A stretch of DNA of 63,322 nt, the filler included, from Rhabdomonas costata (lineage: Eukaryota): assembly GCA_019059605.1 (NCBI GenBank). It is 49 parts of 49 records of this genome, joined end to end, with 100 filler letters (N's around TTAATTAATTAA, not from the genome) between each part and the next. Parts side by side here need not be neighbours in the genome. Positions count along the whole stretch, not along the records: positions 50,483 to 51,676 come from JAHMHO010024138.1; positions 51,777 to 52,970 come from JAHMHO010024139.1; positions 53,071 to 54,264 come from JAHMHO010024140.1; positions 54,365 to 55,558 come from JAHMHO010024141.1; positions 55,659 to 56,852 come from JAHMHO010024142.1; positions 56,953 to 58,146 come from JAHMHO010024143.1; positions 58,247 to 59,440 come from JAHMHO010024144.1; positions 59,541 to 60,734 come from JAHMHO010024145.1; 41 more parts are not named here. The stretch is one strand, 5' to 3'. This document shows, in pieces, positions 51,451 through 62,310 of the stretch. Every line of letters starts with the position of its first letter. Position 1 is the first letter of the stretch. Made by a program: the position numbers and the translations under genes. Under the pieces are notes generated by a model. That model had not been told where the DNA came from, searched no databases, and saw only the letters and a list, made by a program, of their open reading frames with translations.

Positions 51451-52008
51451 CATTGACGAGCAGGGTACGGCATCCACAGAGAGTGTCCCAGGGTCGAGCT
51501 GGAATGGGTTCGTGTAGGTACCATCTGCAGGTCCGGACTGCTGCTCAGGAAGGGAGGGAAATCCTTTTCCATGACCTCAGGACTGCGGAAGGAAGCAGAA
51601 TCCAAACCTGCAGGGCTTCTTCGGTATTGAGCTTTGCGCACATTCATTGGGGCTTTGGCAGTGAAACTGACCACCANNNNNNNNNNNNNNNNNNNNNNNN
51701 NNNNNNNNNNNNNNNNNNNNTTAATTAATTAANNNNNNNNNNNNNNNNNNNNNNNNNNNNNNNNNNNNNNNNNNNNGGTGTTGGGCAAATTTTCCCATCA
51801 TAGATGATGTACTTTCCCCAATGCCCTGACGCGCCTCAATCCACAGCTTTTCACGTTTGCAATGCTTGGTGATGAAAACTCTAGAAAACTCTCTTGTGCT
51901 AGGGTTAGGTTACATGTTGTCGGATGTTGTCTGTGATCAAATGTTCCAGCGGTTATGTTGATTCTGCTTTTGGCCTGTTTCTCCCGCACCTGTGCTGACT
52001 CTCTTGAG

Positions 52009-52730
52009 GTTTACAGTGAGGTTCCCAGCTACGACATTGTCGTGCCTCACGTGGTGAGCAAGGGGCTTGCGGGGCTCACCGACGTGAAGTGCCAGATTAC
52101 CCTGGGTTTCAATTTCTTCTTGTTGTGTGTTAGGGAGACTTCCTTTCTTGCCAGCAGCATGGGTGAAGACTATGGAGTGGTTTCTGGTGAGGAACCGCTG
52201 TTTCACTGACTAGAAAAAAGGCCATGGGAAGAAAGAACAACTTGGGGCAGGGTCGTAACAGTCAAGAGTCGACGGCGGCAATGGTGAAGCTTGACCGACC
52301 AACTTTTCCCTCACACGTTTCTTGCATTGGGATAGAGAGGTCACAATGGGAGGCGGGGCGGGGGGTTGATGCTCCTTGCAGGGCTCCCCGTGAAGCCCAT
52401 GCTAGCTAAGCCCACCCGGGGTATCAGCGAGGTGCTGGACCGCTTCACCGGGGTGCAGTTCACGTGTGAGTTCAAGGACGACGGCGAGCGGGCTCAGGAA
52501 AGCGTGCGCGCTGAATAGGACAGAAAAAATAGTGAGAGAAAATGGCGGTGACCATGGATGACTGTTCGTTTGATTGGGTTTGTGACAACATGAAAACGTG
52601 TTGTTTCTGTCTGTTTTTGGATCAGATCCACTATGATTCCAGCTCTGCGGGCTCGGAGATTACGATCTACAGCAGGAACTCTGAGAACCACACCACGAAG
52701 TACCCTGACATCATCCACAGGCTGCCCGGG
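52009..52730 (+). CDS. LIG1: DNA ligase I, adenylation domain region, 3 exons
   Basis: Exon 52009-52105 reads VYSEVPSYD. Exon 52382-52497 reads [39 protein letters not shown]. Exon 52626-52730 reads IHY...[16 protein letters not shown]. Confidence 0.93.
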
Positions 52731-53099
52731 GTGTGCTGCCCGGAGAAACACTTCACGTGCCCCGGTTTTTTCTTTTTTTTCCGTGGTGCACGGGCTGCCT
52801 GCTCCTGCTCTGCGGAATTGCCAGATGGGGGATAGATTGTTGATGTTTTCGTGTTTCTTTCACGGCGAACTGGCAAAGCAAAGGTAATGGACAGGCTCAC
52901 AAGTCAACGCGCCAGAGCCTGTGTGTGATGGCGCCTTTGAGGTGTGTGTAGGTGTTTTTCCGTACATCCGNNNNNNNNNNNNNNNNNNNNNNNNNNNNNN
53001 NNNNNNNNNNNNNNTTAATTAATTAANNNNNNNNNNNNNNNNNNNNNNNNNNNNNNNNNNNNNNNNNNNNGTTTGAGGTGATGGTCTCCGAGACCACTG

Positions 53100-53990
53100 C
53101 GGCGCCCCGCGCAGTGGTCTCGGAGACCATCACCACCGTCCCAAAGGCCTACAAAGGACGCAGCCATAGCAAACAGCAATTCGGTTCTCCTCTGCGCTCT
53201 TTGGGAGTTAGACCTGCAGTGAAACGTTTTCGAGCTTTGCGGGGGACGTTCGGTGCTGCTGTCGACAACACGGCACTTCTCAATGTGGTTGAGTCGGGAG
53301 GTGCGCCTGGTTGCTGGGTGGGGCTTTCTTCCTGTGATGGCTCTGAAGATTGGAGTCTGGAAAGTGCTCCCAGGCCCTCGTCTATACATCCTGCCTCCGA
53401 TATGCACAACCGATACTTTTTCGTCTCCCAGAGAACCGCTGAAGGTCGATGGCTAGCGTGGAACCTTTCGGAGTTTTCGAGTTTTGGATGTGACTTCATT
53501 CAATGACAGCAAGCAAGCAAGCAATTGGATGGCAAGGGAATTTTAGCTAAGACTACCACTACCACTCAGGGCGTCCGCATCTCCCAAACCCTTTCCCAAA
53601 CCTTTTCGCATCCCTGGTGATACAGAACAGCAGTGGGAATGCGTAACAAAACCCATCGGGTGTTGCCTGATGGGGGCGCGTGATCTCTCCGGTCGACCCT
53701 TACGCTTCTGTGCTCGTGAGCTGCGTGTGTGCCCAGTGTCGGTTGGCTAGGGTGGCATGCACCGCAGCTGATAGCCAGGATGCTTATCCCAGTGCCTTGC
53801 GTTGCTGACTTTCTGTTCATGTCTGGCTCGGGATCTAAAGAAGACAAGGGGAACACAAACAAACGCACGCACACACATACACACTCTCTCTCGTGTGCGT
53901 GTATGCGAGTATGTGTGTGTATGTGTGTGTGGTGCGCACGCCACACCTTGTTGGAGGCTTCCAGCCGGCTGGCGAGGTTCACTCCATCCC
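53100..53990 (-). CDS. Class III adenylate/guanylate cyclase catalytic domain, partial, 2 exons
   Basis: Exon 53990-53947 reads GDGVNLASRLEASNK. The exon from 53148 reads AFGTVVMVSETT. It is truncated by a fold-back at 53077-53133. Confidence 0.9.
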
Positions 53991-55128
53991 CTGAAACGGG
54001 ATTACTCCCAACTCTCATCACTCCGACACAACAGAGGCGTATTGCTGAAGCCTCTGTTCCATCAAATCCAGACCAGAAACCACACTCACTACCGGGGAGA
54101 CGCTTCAACTTCGTGTGAGGATATGATGAAATAAAAAAAGGCACCCCTAAAAATCACAGAATGCGCTCGAATTCATTTTTCAACCCTAAGCCTAATCCAT
54201 TGTTCACCCCGTTTCTCATTTGCACTGCTGATCGTCGTGCTGGATCCCTGGGAACCCAAAACAANNNNNNNNNNNNNNNNNNNNNNNNNNNNNNNNNNNN
54301 NNNNNNNNTTAATTAATTAANNNNNNNNNNNNNNNNNNNNNNNNNNNNNNNNNNNNNNNNNNNNGGGTTGGGGGGAAGAAACTATTTAACTTAAGTGGTG
54401 GCAGAAGGTCACTCAGAAGATATGACTCAGTTCCGAGATGCCACATAAAAAGAGAACAAAGCATCTTCATCGTTCGATGTGAGGTCAGTTGTGTGAGCAG
54501 ATTAATTGCCGTGGCAAGCGGTGACCAGGAAAACGTTCAAGGTTTGCATCGGAGAACATGAGGTGGTGTGGGTTTGAGCACAACTGTGATTGCAACGGGC
54601 ATATAAGACACACAACGTCTGTTGGTATGCTTGAACTGAACATCATCTCCTCCCCGAATACAAAGTTGCTGCACCGAATACAAGGTTTTTTCCCTCCATC
54701 ATCTGATCACTGCTTATGATTTTTCTAATGTTAATAAATAAAACAAAGAAGAGACACCGGTGTAACAAAAACAAAAAGTTCGAGGGAGTCAACAACCATT
54801 TGAATTTGCTTTTCACGTAGACGCTGGTTTCCTTCCACGGCCTTCTTCTCCAAGAGATTTTGACCGGCTGGCTGAATCCTCGCATCTTCCTGAAGGCGCT
54901 TCCTGTTTGTTGTTGATAAAACCAATGAGAGGAGAAACAGTGCGCACCACCGTGCCCATATCTTACAAACAGATGCAGGTGCTTTTTGCTTGGGACGTGC
55001 AGAGGCACGGGCAGAGGCATGTGCAATATGAAATGTGTAAAAGTGGGCAGCTGTCCCCAAGTAAAAGAGGAAAAGTTGTGCTGATCCCGCCGAGCGTTGT
55101 CAACACAAACATGGCTCGGAATGCATAC

Positions 55129-55419
55129 GGTGTTGAAAAGAGCAAGAGCGTCGCTGCACCTTTTCATTTTCGGGTACAGCTTTTCAAGGACTTTCTGCTT
55201 CTTGCGCTGCCTCTGTCCCTCCAGGTCGTTCAGCCGTTGAGAGGCCTCCGGCTGCAGCCCACTTTGCTTCAGCGCCTTACGGTAATGGCTCAGCGTGTTG
55301 CTAAGCGCTCGGTTCTTCTTGGCCTCGCGCTGCTGCATCAGCTCGAAGCCCACTCGAGCACGCCTCAGAGCGGGTCCCTCATCGAGGCGTCCTTGGTTGG
55401 AGGGCTTTCTCGAAGCCCA
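55129..55419 (-). CDS. Basic coiled-coil hypothetical protein exon
   Basis: A 291-nt AG/GT-bounded open frame reads ...FELMQQREAKKNRALSNTLSHYRKALKQ... Confidence 0.5.
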
Positions 55420-56955
55420 CTGAGGAAACCAAGAATATAATTGATTCACAGTACACCGTTCGTGGTCAAGCACAAGATGCAGTAAAAATTTACTCCACTG
55501 AACCTCCAGCAACAAGCAACATAGCGAGGATTCTGATGCCGGTATTATCCCACAACACNNNNNNNNNNNNNNNNNNNNNNNNNNNNNNNNNNNNNNNNNN
55601 NNTTAATTAATTAANNNNNNNNNNNNNNNNNNNNNNNNNNNNNNNNNNNNNNNNNNNNCTATTCACAGTTTCCAATTTTCTGTGCTTTGCTCTCTTTCAT
55701 TTTTTCTCTTGCCTTTTTTGTTGTGCGTTTTGTGTTTACGTGCGAGTGGTAGCGGGTCGATGCGCCCTTGTCGACCTTCCACGGCTGCCCGGTTCCCCAT
55801 TTCACATTAAGTGTCGCTTTTGAAATCGCTGGAGTTTTCAGAGCTCGATGGTGCTGACAGTGAGAATGTGCGCTGGGCACCTCCCAAGGGTCGCCCAGGA
55901 GAGATGCTTTGGGACTTCGTTGAAGGCGGTTTCACACAGCAATATTTGCAGGGTTAGGGTTCAAGAGCAATCTACGCTTATCATTTGGAGCCGGGCAATA
56001 CCTAGTGATGGAAAATGTTTTTGTTTGTACGATTCATCTGCCCGTCTTTCTTGCTAGATTCCTACGTAGTGAAGCCCGACACGACGCAGGCCACGCGGGA
56101 GTTCGCTCCCGGCGTCGTGACCAATCACGAGATTGAGCGGCGGACGGCGAAGACGTGGGCAGTCGTCCCCACAGGAGTTCTGGTGCGGCTAGAGAAAAGG
56201 ACGCGTCGGAAATTGAAGACGTGCAAGGCCTTGCGCTGTTCTTCCGACTCAATCCGTGCTTGAAGTGATTTTTGTATCACGGGATGAGCGGATGGAGGAG
56301 ACTGAAAATATGAAAATATTGGTGCTGGATTCGTGTTTATGGAGCGAAGACGCCGTTGGCTTACAGCGGTGGCATGGCCCTATTTGCTGAGGACGGTTAA
56401 GGCAGAGCATACTCGGTCTTTGAAAGATTGGCGAATGATCGCGTGGAACAGTCTGCGTCATTCCACGTCGCACGCACATATGCAGTCGCTGTCGCATTCC
56501 ATTTTTATGAAGGGCAGGACACGTCAGCAATATAATGACCGTGCCACCTTAAAAGTTAGAGTTGGAAGAGTGGGACAACAAGGACACCATTTGGGGGAAT
56601 TAGGGATAGTAAAAAATGTTCTCATTTTAAACCACGTCAAATTTGCTTCTTGTGTTTTGGCTTTTTGCTTTACACCTTTTCGTCTTTGACTTGGCACGAG
56701 CCGTATACGGCAAAATTATACCGAAAAAAAACGAGAACACGAGATTAAGACCAACCAGAAAGCCGGCACTCTAAGAAAACCAGCGCATATAAACAAGCCC
56801 GTCAAAACAACGAGAACACCCGAAGGCACCCAAAACAAGGAGAACAACCACCNNNNNNNNNNNNNNNNNNNNNNNNNNNNNNNNNNNNNNNNNNNNTTAA
56901 TTAATTAANNNNNNNNNNNNNNNNNNNNNNNNNNNNNNNNNNNNNNNNNNNNGTG

Positions 56956-57058
56956 GGTTGGAAACAATGGAAACGGTGAGAGGACTGAACAAAAAATCCT
57001 TTGTAGGAAGTCATACATTTTTTGTTCAGTCCTCTCACCGTTTCCATTGTTTCCAACC
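56956..57058. repeat. Contig-end fold-back inverted repeat
   Basis: GGTTGGAAACAATGG...GAACAAAAAAT is mirrored by ATTTTTTGTTC...CCATTGTTTCCAACC. Confidence 0.88.
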
Positions 57059-57097
57059 TCGCTCCCGTCTTCCCGTTGCTCAGCACAGGGAAGGACA

Positions 57098-58146
57098 ATG
57101 AAGCCACTTATTTTATTTGCTATCTTGTCCTGCCTGCCCATTATGGGGAGTGCGTATAAGGCGTTGGTGACTACGGTGGGGATCAGCGGAAGCCAAAACC
57201 TGATCATGTATCGCTTGGGCGAGCTAATGGCCGAGCGGGGTCACGACGTAACCATTCTCAATTGGTGCGTTTTTCCGGAGGCCGAATCACCAAAGCTGAG
57301 CAAGGCAAAGGAGATGAAATATCCGTTGGTGAAGGAAGGTCCGATTTTGGATGAGCTGCGTGTGCTTATGCTAGATACTTGGGAGACTGACTCCAAGCAC
57401 CCCTTGCCCGTCCGTATCTTCAAGAGATTTGCCAGTCTTGCTCGTGCTGGCTGCGGTGCGGCCCTGGGGGACTCCGCGTTGTTGGAGAAGCTGAAGGGTG
57501 AGCAGTTCGATGTTGTCGTTCTGCATCTCGTGGACTTTTGCGGCATTGGTTTGACCCACGTTATGGGGGTGGAGAGTTACGTATGGATGACCACGGGGTG
57601 GATGGTGGACTTCATGGCCTGGCACAGTGGCAGCCCAACCCCGCTTTCCTATGTTCCAGCAGGCGCCAATCCCGTCGCCGACCTGATGAGCTTCCCAGAG
57701 AGACTGAAGAACGTCCTTTATGGCGTTGTTGTGCAGACCGCGTTCAATTTTGTGGCGATGCCTTCCATGACCGCACTTTTTCGGGAGCACTTCGGACCCG
57801 ACTTCCCACACTTCCGCCAGATTCTCTCCAAGACTCAGCTCTATTTCATCAACAGCGATCCCTTCTTCGAGTACCCGCGGCCCATTATGCACAACGTCAT
57901 CTACGTCGGAGGGCTGACCATGAAGCAACCCGAGGCTCTGGACGAGAAGTGGTCAGCCTTGCTGGAGAGGGCACCCGCGGAAGGCGTGGTTGTCTTTTCC
58001 CTCGGCACAGTTGCCAACACGACCTTCATGCCGAAAGAGATGAAACACGCCTTCGTCTCGGCTTTCAAAAGGCTTCCTCATCTTATCATATGGCGCCTGC
58101 TTGGAACCTTGGCAGACAACGAGACAGCTCTCAACATCCACGTGAC
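57098..58146 (+). CDS. UDP-glucuronosyl/UDP-glucosyltransferase (GT1, animal membrane-UGT type), intronless, 3' partial
   Basis: Signal peptide MKPLILFAILSCLPIMGSA, then motifs AERGHDVT, LKGEQFDV, PTPLSYVP, MSFPERLKN, FGPDFP, EYPRPIMHNVIYVGGL and GVVVFSLGT. Confidence 0.95.
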
Positions 58147-58246
58147 NNNNNNNNNNNNNNNNNNNNNNNNNNNNNNNNNNNNNNNNNNNNTTAATTAATT
58201 AANNNNNNNNNNNNNNNNNNNNNNNNNNNNNNNNNNNNNNNNNNNN

Positions 58247-59432
58247 GGGGTAACCGCAGTGAAGGTCTGCCCCACGGTGACGCCGGAGTTGGAGCTCACA
58301 CCTTCTTCATACCAAACCTTCGCAACCCCTCCCCTCCCCTCAATCGAAGCTTCAGCCTGTATTTCCGGTTTGTCTGCAATCTTTTTTAGGTGAAGACCGT
58401 AGAAAGCAACATGCCGGATGGTACAGGGCCATGCACGCGGTTGCTTGTCCTGGATATGTTATGGTTGCTACGATCCTGAGCATCATTGCGTAAAAATCGG
58501 CACTTCCCGCTGCACCCGTTCACCCTCCGCTCACGACACATCAGCCACGGATCACGGATCACGAATCCGCACAGAAGCTTTCTTCAGGCAGCCCGCACAC
58601 AAAAGTTCTCCTTGCTGGTTTCCACCAGCAACACCTACCTCTTCTTTCGCACCTCGTTCTGAACCGCTTGAAGTTCACGATTTGTCTGTCGCGTGGATCA
58701 TGACGATGAACAACTGTTGCTACTACTGTGACCCCAGGATGTGCTAAAACTTGAAATGTACACGCAAAAAATGAACACGGTGGAGTATAGGGGGGCGAAA
58801 AGTTCCGCACAAAGTGCATAACGCGTAAAGCGGTGGTTTACGTATAACGGCGTTAACGCCTATCACTACATGGCAAATTACACATACACATACACTCTCA
58901 CTAAACAGGAAACAACAGCCCTAGTGTTGGGTATGCTGGGGTTCGGATGGTACCATGGTAATCGGTGGGCCCCAGAACGGGGAACAGCATTAGAGGGCCA
59001 CTTGCAGCTGCCAGCATATAAAAGGTAAAATATCGGCTAAATCCATAAAAACAGGGCAAAAAAATCAACGACCAGTGTATGATGGCTCACTCGGAGAAAC
59101 TCTAACAATCTAAAAGGAGGTACAAAGGGCTGCACGCCGATGTGCCCTACAGAGGCCCACATCTATTTCCACCACCCCCATCCGCAGCAGAATCAATGCC
59201 AATGCAAACCAGCCACTTGACGAACCCAAGGGCATACATCACTCGACAGCACAGCACGTGACGAACCCTTTTGGTGGCATTGAGGCAGATAGAGTCGAAT
59301 TTGCTCTCATTTCGTAGCAGCTGCCAGTCCGAGTTCGCCCACAGCCCTCGTTCTTCCTCAGGGCACAGCGCACAGCCACTCGCGCTGGTCGTGGCCGGCC
59401 ACATGGTGCGGTTGTATCCCGTGGTGTTGTCA
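58247..59432 (-). CDS. Cache-type extracellular sensor domain protein (paralog B), partial, 2 exons
   Basis: The exon ending 59267 reads WPATTSASGCALCPEEERGLWANSDW...LNATKR. The exon from 58317 reads VWYEEGVSSNSGVTVGQTFT. It aligns with 33662-34829, including the intron position. Confidence 0.7.
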
Positions 59433-59581
59433 CCAAAACANNNNNNNNNNNNNNNNNNNNNNNNNNNNNNNNNNNNNNNNNNNNTTAATTAATTAANNNN
59501 NNNNNNNNNNNNNNNNNNNNNNNNNNNNNNNNNNNNNNNNCTTTAGTCCGTAATACGGAAAGGGGGGGGGTGGTGAAACGA

Positions 59582-59692
59582 ACTCTTCCGCTGCAGACGC
59601 GGAGTGGCCGTGGAGGTAGTAATCGCTCTGCAAGTCCCACAAGTCCACTACACGCGTGCCCAGGGGTGTGCCCATGGCCTGGGGGCACTCCT
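59582..59692 (-). CDS. Hypothetical protein exon
   Basis: AG/GT-bounded GC-rich frame ECPQAMGTPLGTRVVDLWDLQSDYYLHGHSASAAEEF. Confidence 0.4.
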
Positions 59693-61216
59693 GAGCGCAC
59701 ATGATTTGCCACAGGGTATCAGAGAACGAGGAGGATTATACTTTTCGGCTATGAGTGAACAAGGGTACGGCGGAGAGGGGGCATAGGCGGGTTCAGAGGA
59801 CTAAATAGTCCTTTGCGGACGTCAGGTCGTGTGCAGGGTCTGGGGTTGAATCATTGCCTGATGCTCGTAAAGCAAGAAACACCCCAAAAGCAAGAGATGA
59901 GTGCGCAACGAATTTGAAGCCGTTTTTCACGATGACTTTCTAACTCTGGCTCTTCTGGAGGGTATTTTACCAATAAGTTTTGACTTTACGGTGTCGATTG
60001 TTTTTTTTTGTGGCGATGTTAAGTGTGTATCCTCTGCTAAAGACCAAACAACCTACCTTCTGGACCGGAAAACCACGCAATCAGTTTGTCATTTGTTGTG
60101 GCCTACTCTTTACCTCACCACTTAACGCGGATTGCAGCTGCCATGAAAGCAACCAGAAAGGATAGAGAAAATCACAAACACAGTGACAGCGATATTCACA
60201 CACCACAGTGGAGGCGATGCAGGGGATGCAGTCAAAGGCACTGGACCTGTGCGAATCCCGAAACAAGAAAATAAACGAAGTTCACTGATGTGCAAATATG
60301 AAGGTACAGAAGGTACAAATATGACACACAAGGGTGTAATTCAGCACTTGCGAGAAGGGTAGAAAGAGTTAGCAGTCATTGAATGGGAATCATTCCGGGA
60401 ATAAGAATTCTCAGTTCAATCGATTATTGCAGCATCACCGATTAACTTGCCGCGATACCTCTTTCCAGGACATTGTAAAATTGATGCAAGTCCCAAAACT
60501 CACCAACTTTTTGGATAGATTTTTTCGGGGGGAGGGGGCAAGGTCATTCACCTTTGAGATATGATGCCACTCTTGTCCCCATATCCCATCCGCCGTCTAA
60601 ACCATCCGCTCACCTCACTCTTCGCCATTCCCACCCTGCCTGGCCACCTACATACGATCCATGCACTCGCCACACCCATTCTGTGCACCGTGCAGCGCAG
60701 GCGGCGGTAATAAACTTCGTGAATACAAAACACANNNNNNNNNNNNNNNNNNNNNNNNNNNNNNNNNNNNNNNNNNNNTTAATTAATTAANNNNNNNNNN
60801 NNNNNNNNNNNNNNNNNNNNNNNNNNNNNNNNNNGTGGTGTTGGGGAGATTCCTCTGGGCACCCAGTCCAGTTGAGCCTGGGCTTCTGGTGCAAAAGTGA
60901 CAAGGTTCGACGGGCTCCAACTACACACAACGTCAAAACGATCAGGACTACGACATGCGGCGACCAAGTTTATGGTGAAGAGAAACCGCGAGCAACTCAA
61001 AGATTAAGACAAAACCCATAGCAGCACCGCGGCAAACGACACATACCAAAGCATAACGCACTGGGTATAGGATATATATACTGGTATATATATACTGGGT
61101 ATAGGGTGCTAAAAACGCATCGCAGCGCTCCACCCCAAAGACATTATCACAGATCTCGCCCTCTTAAACAGTTAGGGACCCCTTCCCATAAGAGAGCGCA
61201 AGGAAAGGGCAGCCAC

Positions 61217-61376
61217 CTCGCAGTCCTGGAGAATGGCTCGGGAGGCATGCACCACCACCGCAGGGCCCTTCTTGCAGTCCCGAATCACGCACCGCTGCAC
61301 CGACGGCAGCGCCCCCGTGAGCACTCGAACACACCCACCCTGGCCGGTGATCACGCAGCCCACAATGTCTGGCGAG
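61217..61376 (-). CDS. Right-handed parallel beta-helix (PbH1) repeat exon
   Basis: SPDIVGCVITGQGGCVRVLTGALPSVQRCVIRDCKKGPAVVVHASRAILQDCE shows repeated P.I..C.I spacing. Confidence 0.7.
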
Positions 61377-62169
61377 CTGAAGGAAACAGCAGCACACCCC
61401 ACACCCCAGGTTCAACTACTTCCACACATCCTGAGGAGGTCGTTTATACAAACAGCAGGTCTTCCAAAACGGCCTCGGGAGGGTCCGTTCAGTTTCGGAT
61501 CGTGATTTATTTTTGTGCCGCTTCTTGCCCCACCATAGTGAGGGGCCACATCACCCACAAACCAAATTAGCGAGCGGTGGGGGTGGAGCGAGCTTTGCCT
61601 AGAGCTTTGTCTAAAATCCAGACACCCAAAAATAGGCCGGCAGTGACTGCCGTGGCCCCATAATCCGGGCTTCATTGGAAAAGGAGACTCGCGCTACTAG
61701 CAAGGTCCCACTTATGGTGGCATCGCGGCACTCCAAAATGTCCGATCCATGATAAATTCAGCCATGCATGTGACATTGTGAGCATATGCCCACCACTAAT
61801 TGCACTCAAACCGCAGCCCACTTTTCTCCGATTCCCAGGTGTTGTGGTCTTGGTTTTCACCTCTACCCATTGTCGTTGCGTTGTGCTATATACATTTGAA
61901 CTGTTGTGCTACACTTGAACTTTGCCTTTATCCTGCGGGAAGCGTTACAACATAAACACACAAACTCAAGCGGCCACACGGGTTTAAACCCCCGTCACCC
62001 TCGTGGCCCGCGTTTTCAGCAACAATAANNNNNNNNNNNNNNNNNNNNNNNNNNNNNNNNNNNNNNNNNNNNTTAATTAATTAANNNNNNNNNNNNNNNN
62101 NNNNNNNNNNNNNNNNNNNNNNNNNNNNTTGTGGGCAATCCAGAGCCAACAAACGTTCGGTGAATTACT

Positions 62170-62310
62170 GCCTTTTTCTTTCCTCACTGAGAAGCTTCAT
62201 TATTACACCGAACGTTTGTTGGCTCTGGATTGCCCACAAGCAGCCCTCCAGCTTCTACGCAATTGCCTTGGAGCATGTAAGGTCGTTTACGCACCCTCCA
62301 TGTGCCCTTT
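62170..62310 (+). mobile_element. Remnant of a CRE-like non-LTR retrotransposon (post-RT region)
   Basis: ERLLALDCPQAALQLLRNCLGACKVVY resembles L..L...Q.AL.LLR.C....K..Y. It overlaps a fold-back at 62129-62240. Confidence 0.5.

Larger units (their letters stand above)
1196..62128. other. 48 artificial 100-bp contig linkers (N44-TTAATTAATTAA-N44); first 1196-1295, last 62029-62128; they separate 49 independent ~1.19-kb contigs
   Basis: The same all-frame-stop linker recurs about every 1,294 bp. Contig lengths are nearly constant (1,188-1,214 bp). Confidence 0.99.

Noticed and set aside
1196..62128. Regularly spaced TTAATTAATTAA with ~1.2-kb 'spacers' as a CRISPR-like or repeat array
   Set aside because: Each copy is embedded in N-runs with a fixed total length of 100 bp. 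It is an assembly linker with stops in all frames.
3886..62240. Long terminal hairpins as structured RNAs, MITEs or hairpin telomeres
   Set aside because: All lie at contig ends, begin with primer-like G/T bases and copy arbitrary sequence, including eIF3b and cyclase exons. They are fold-back chimeras.
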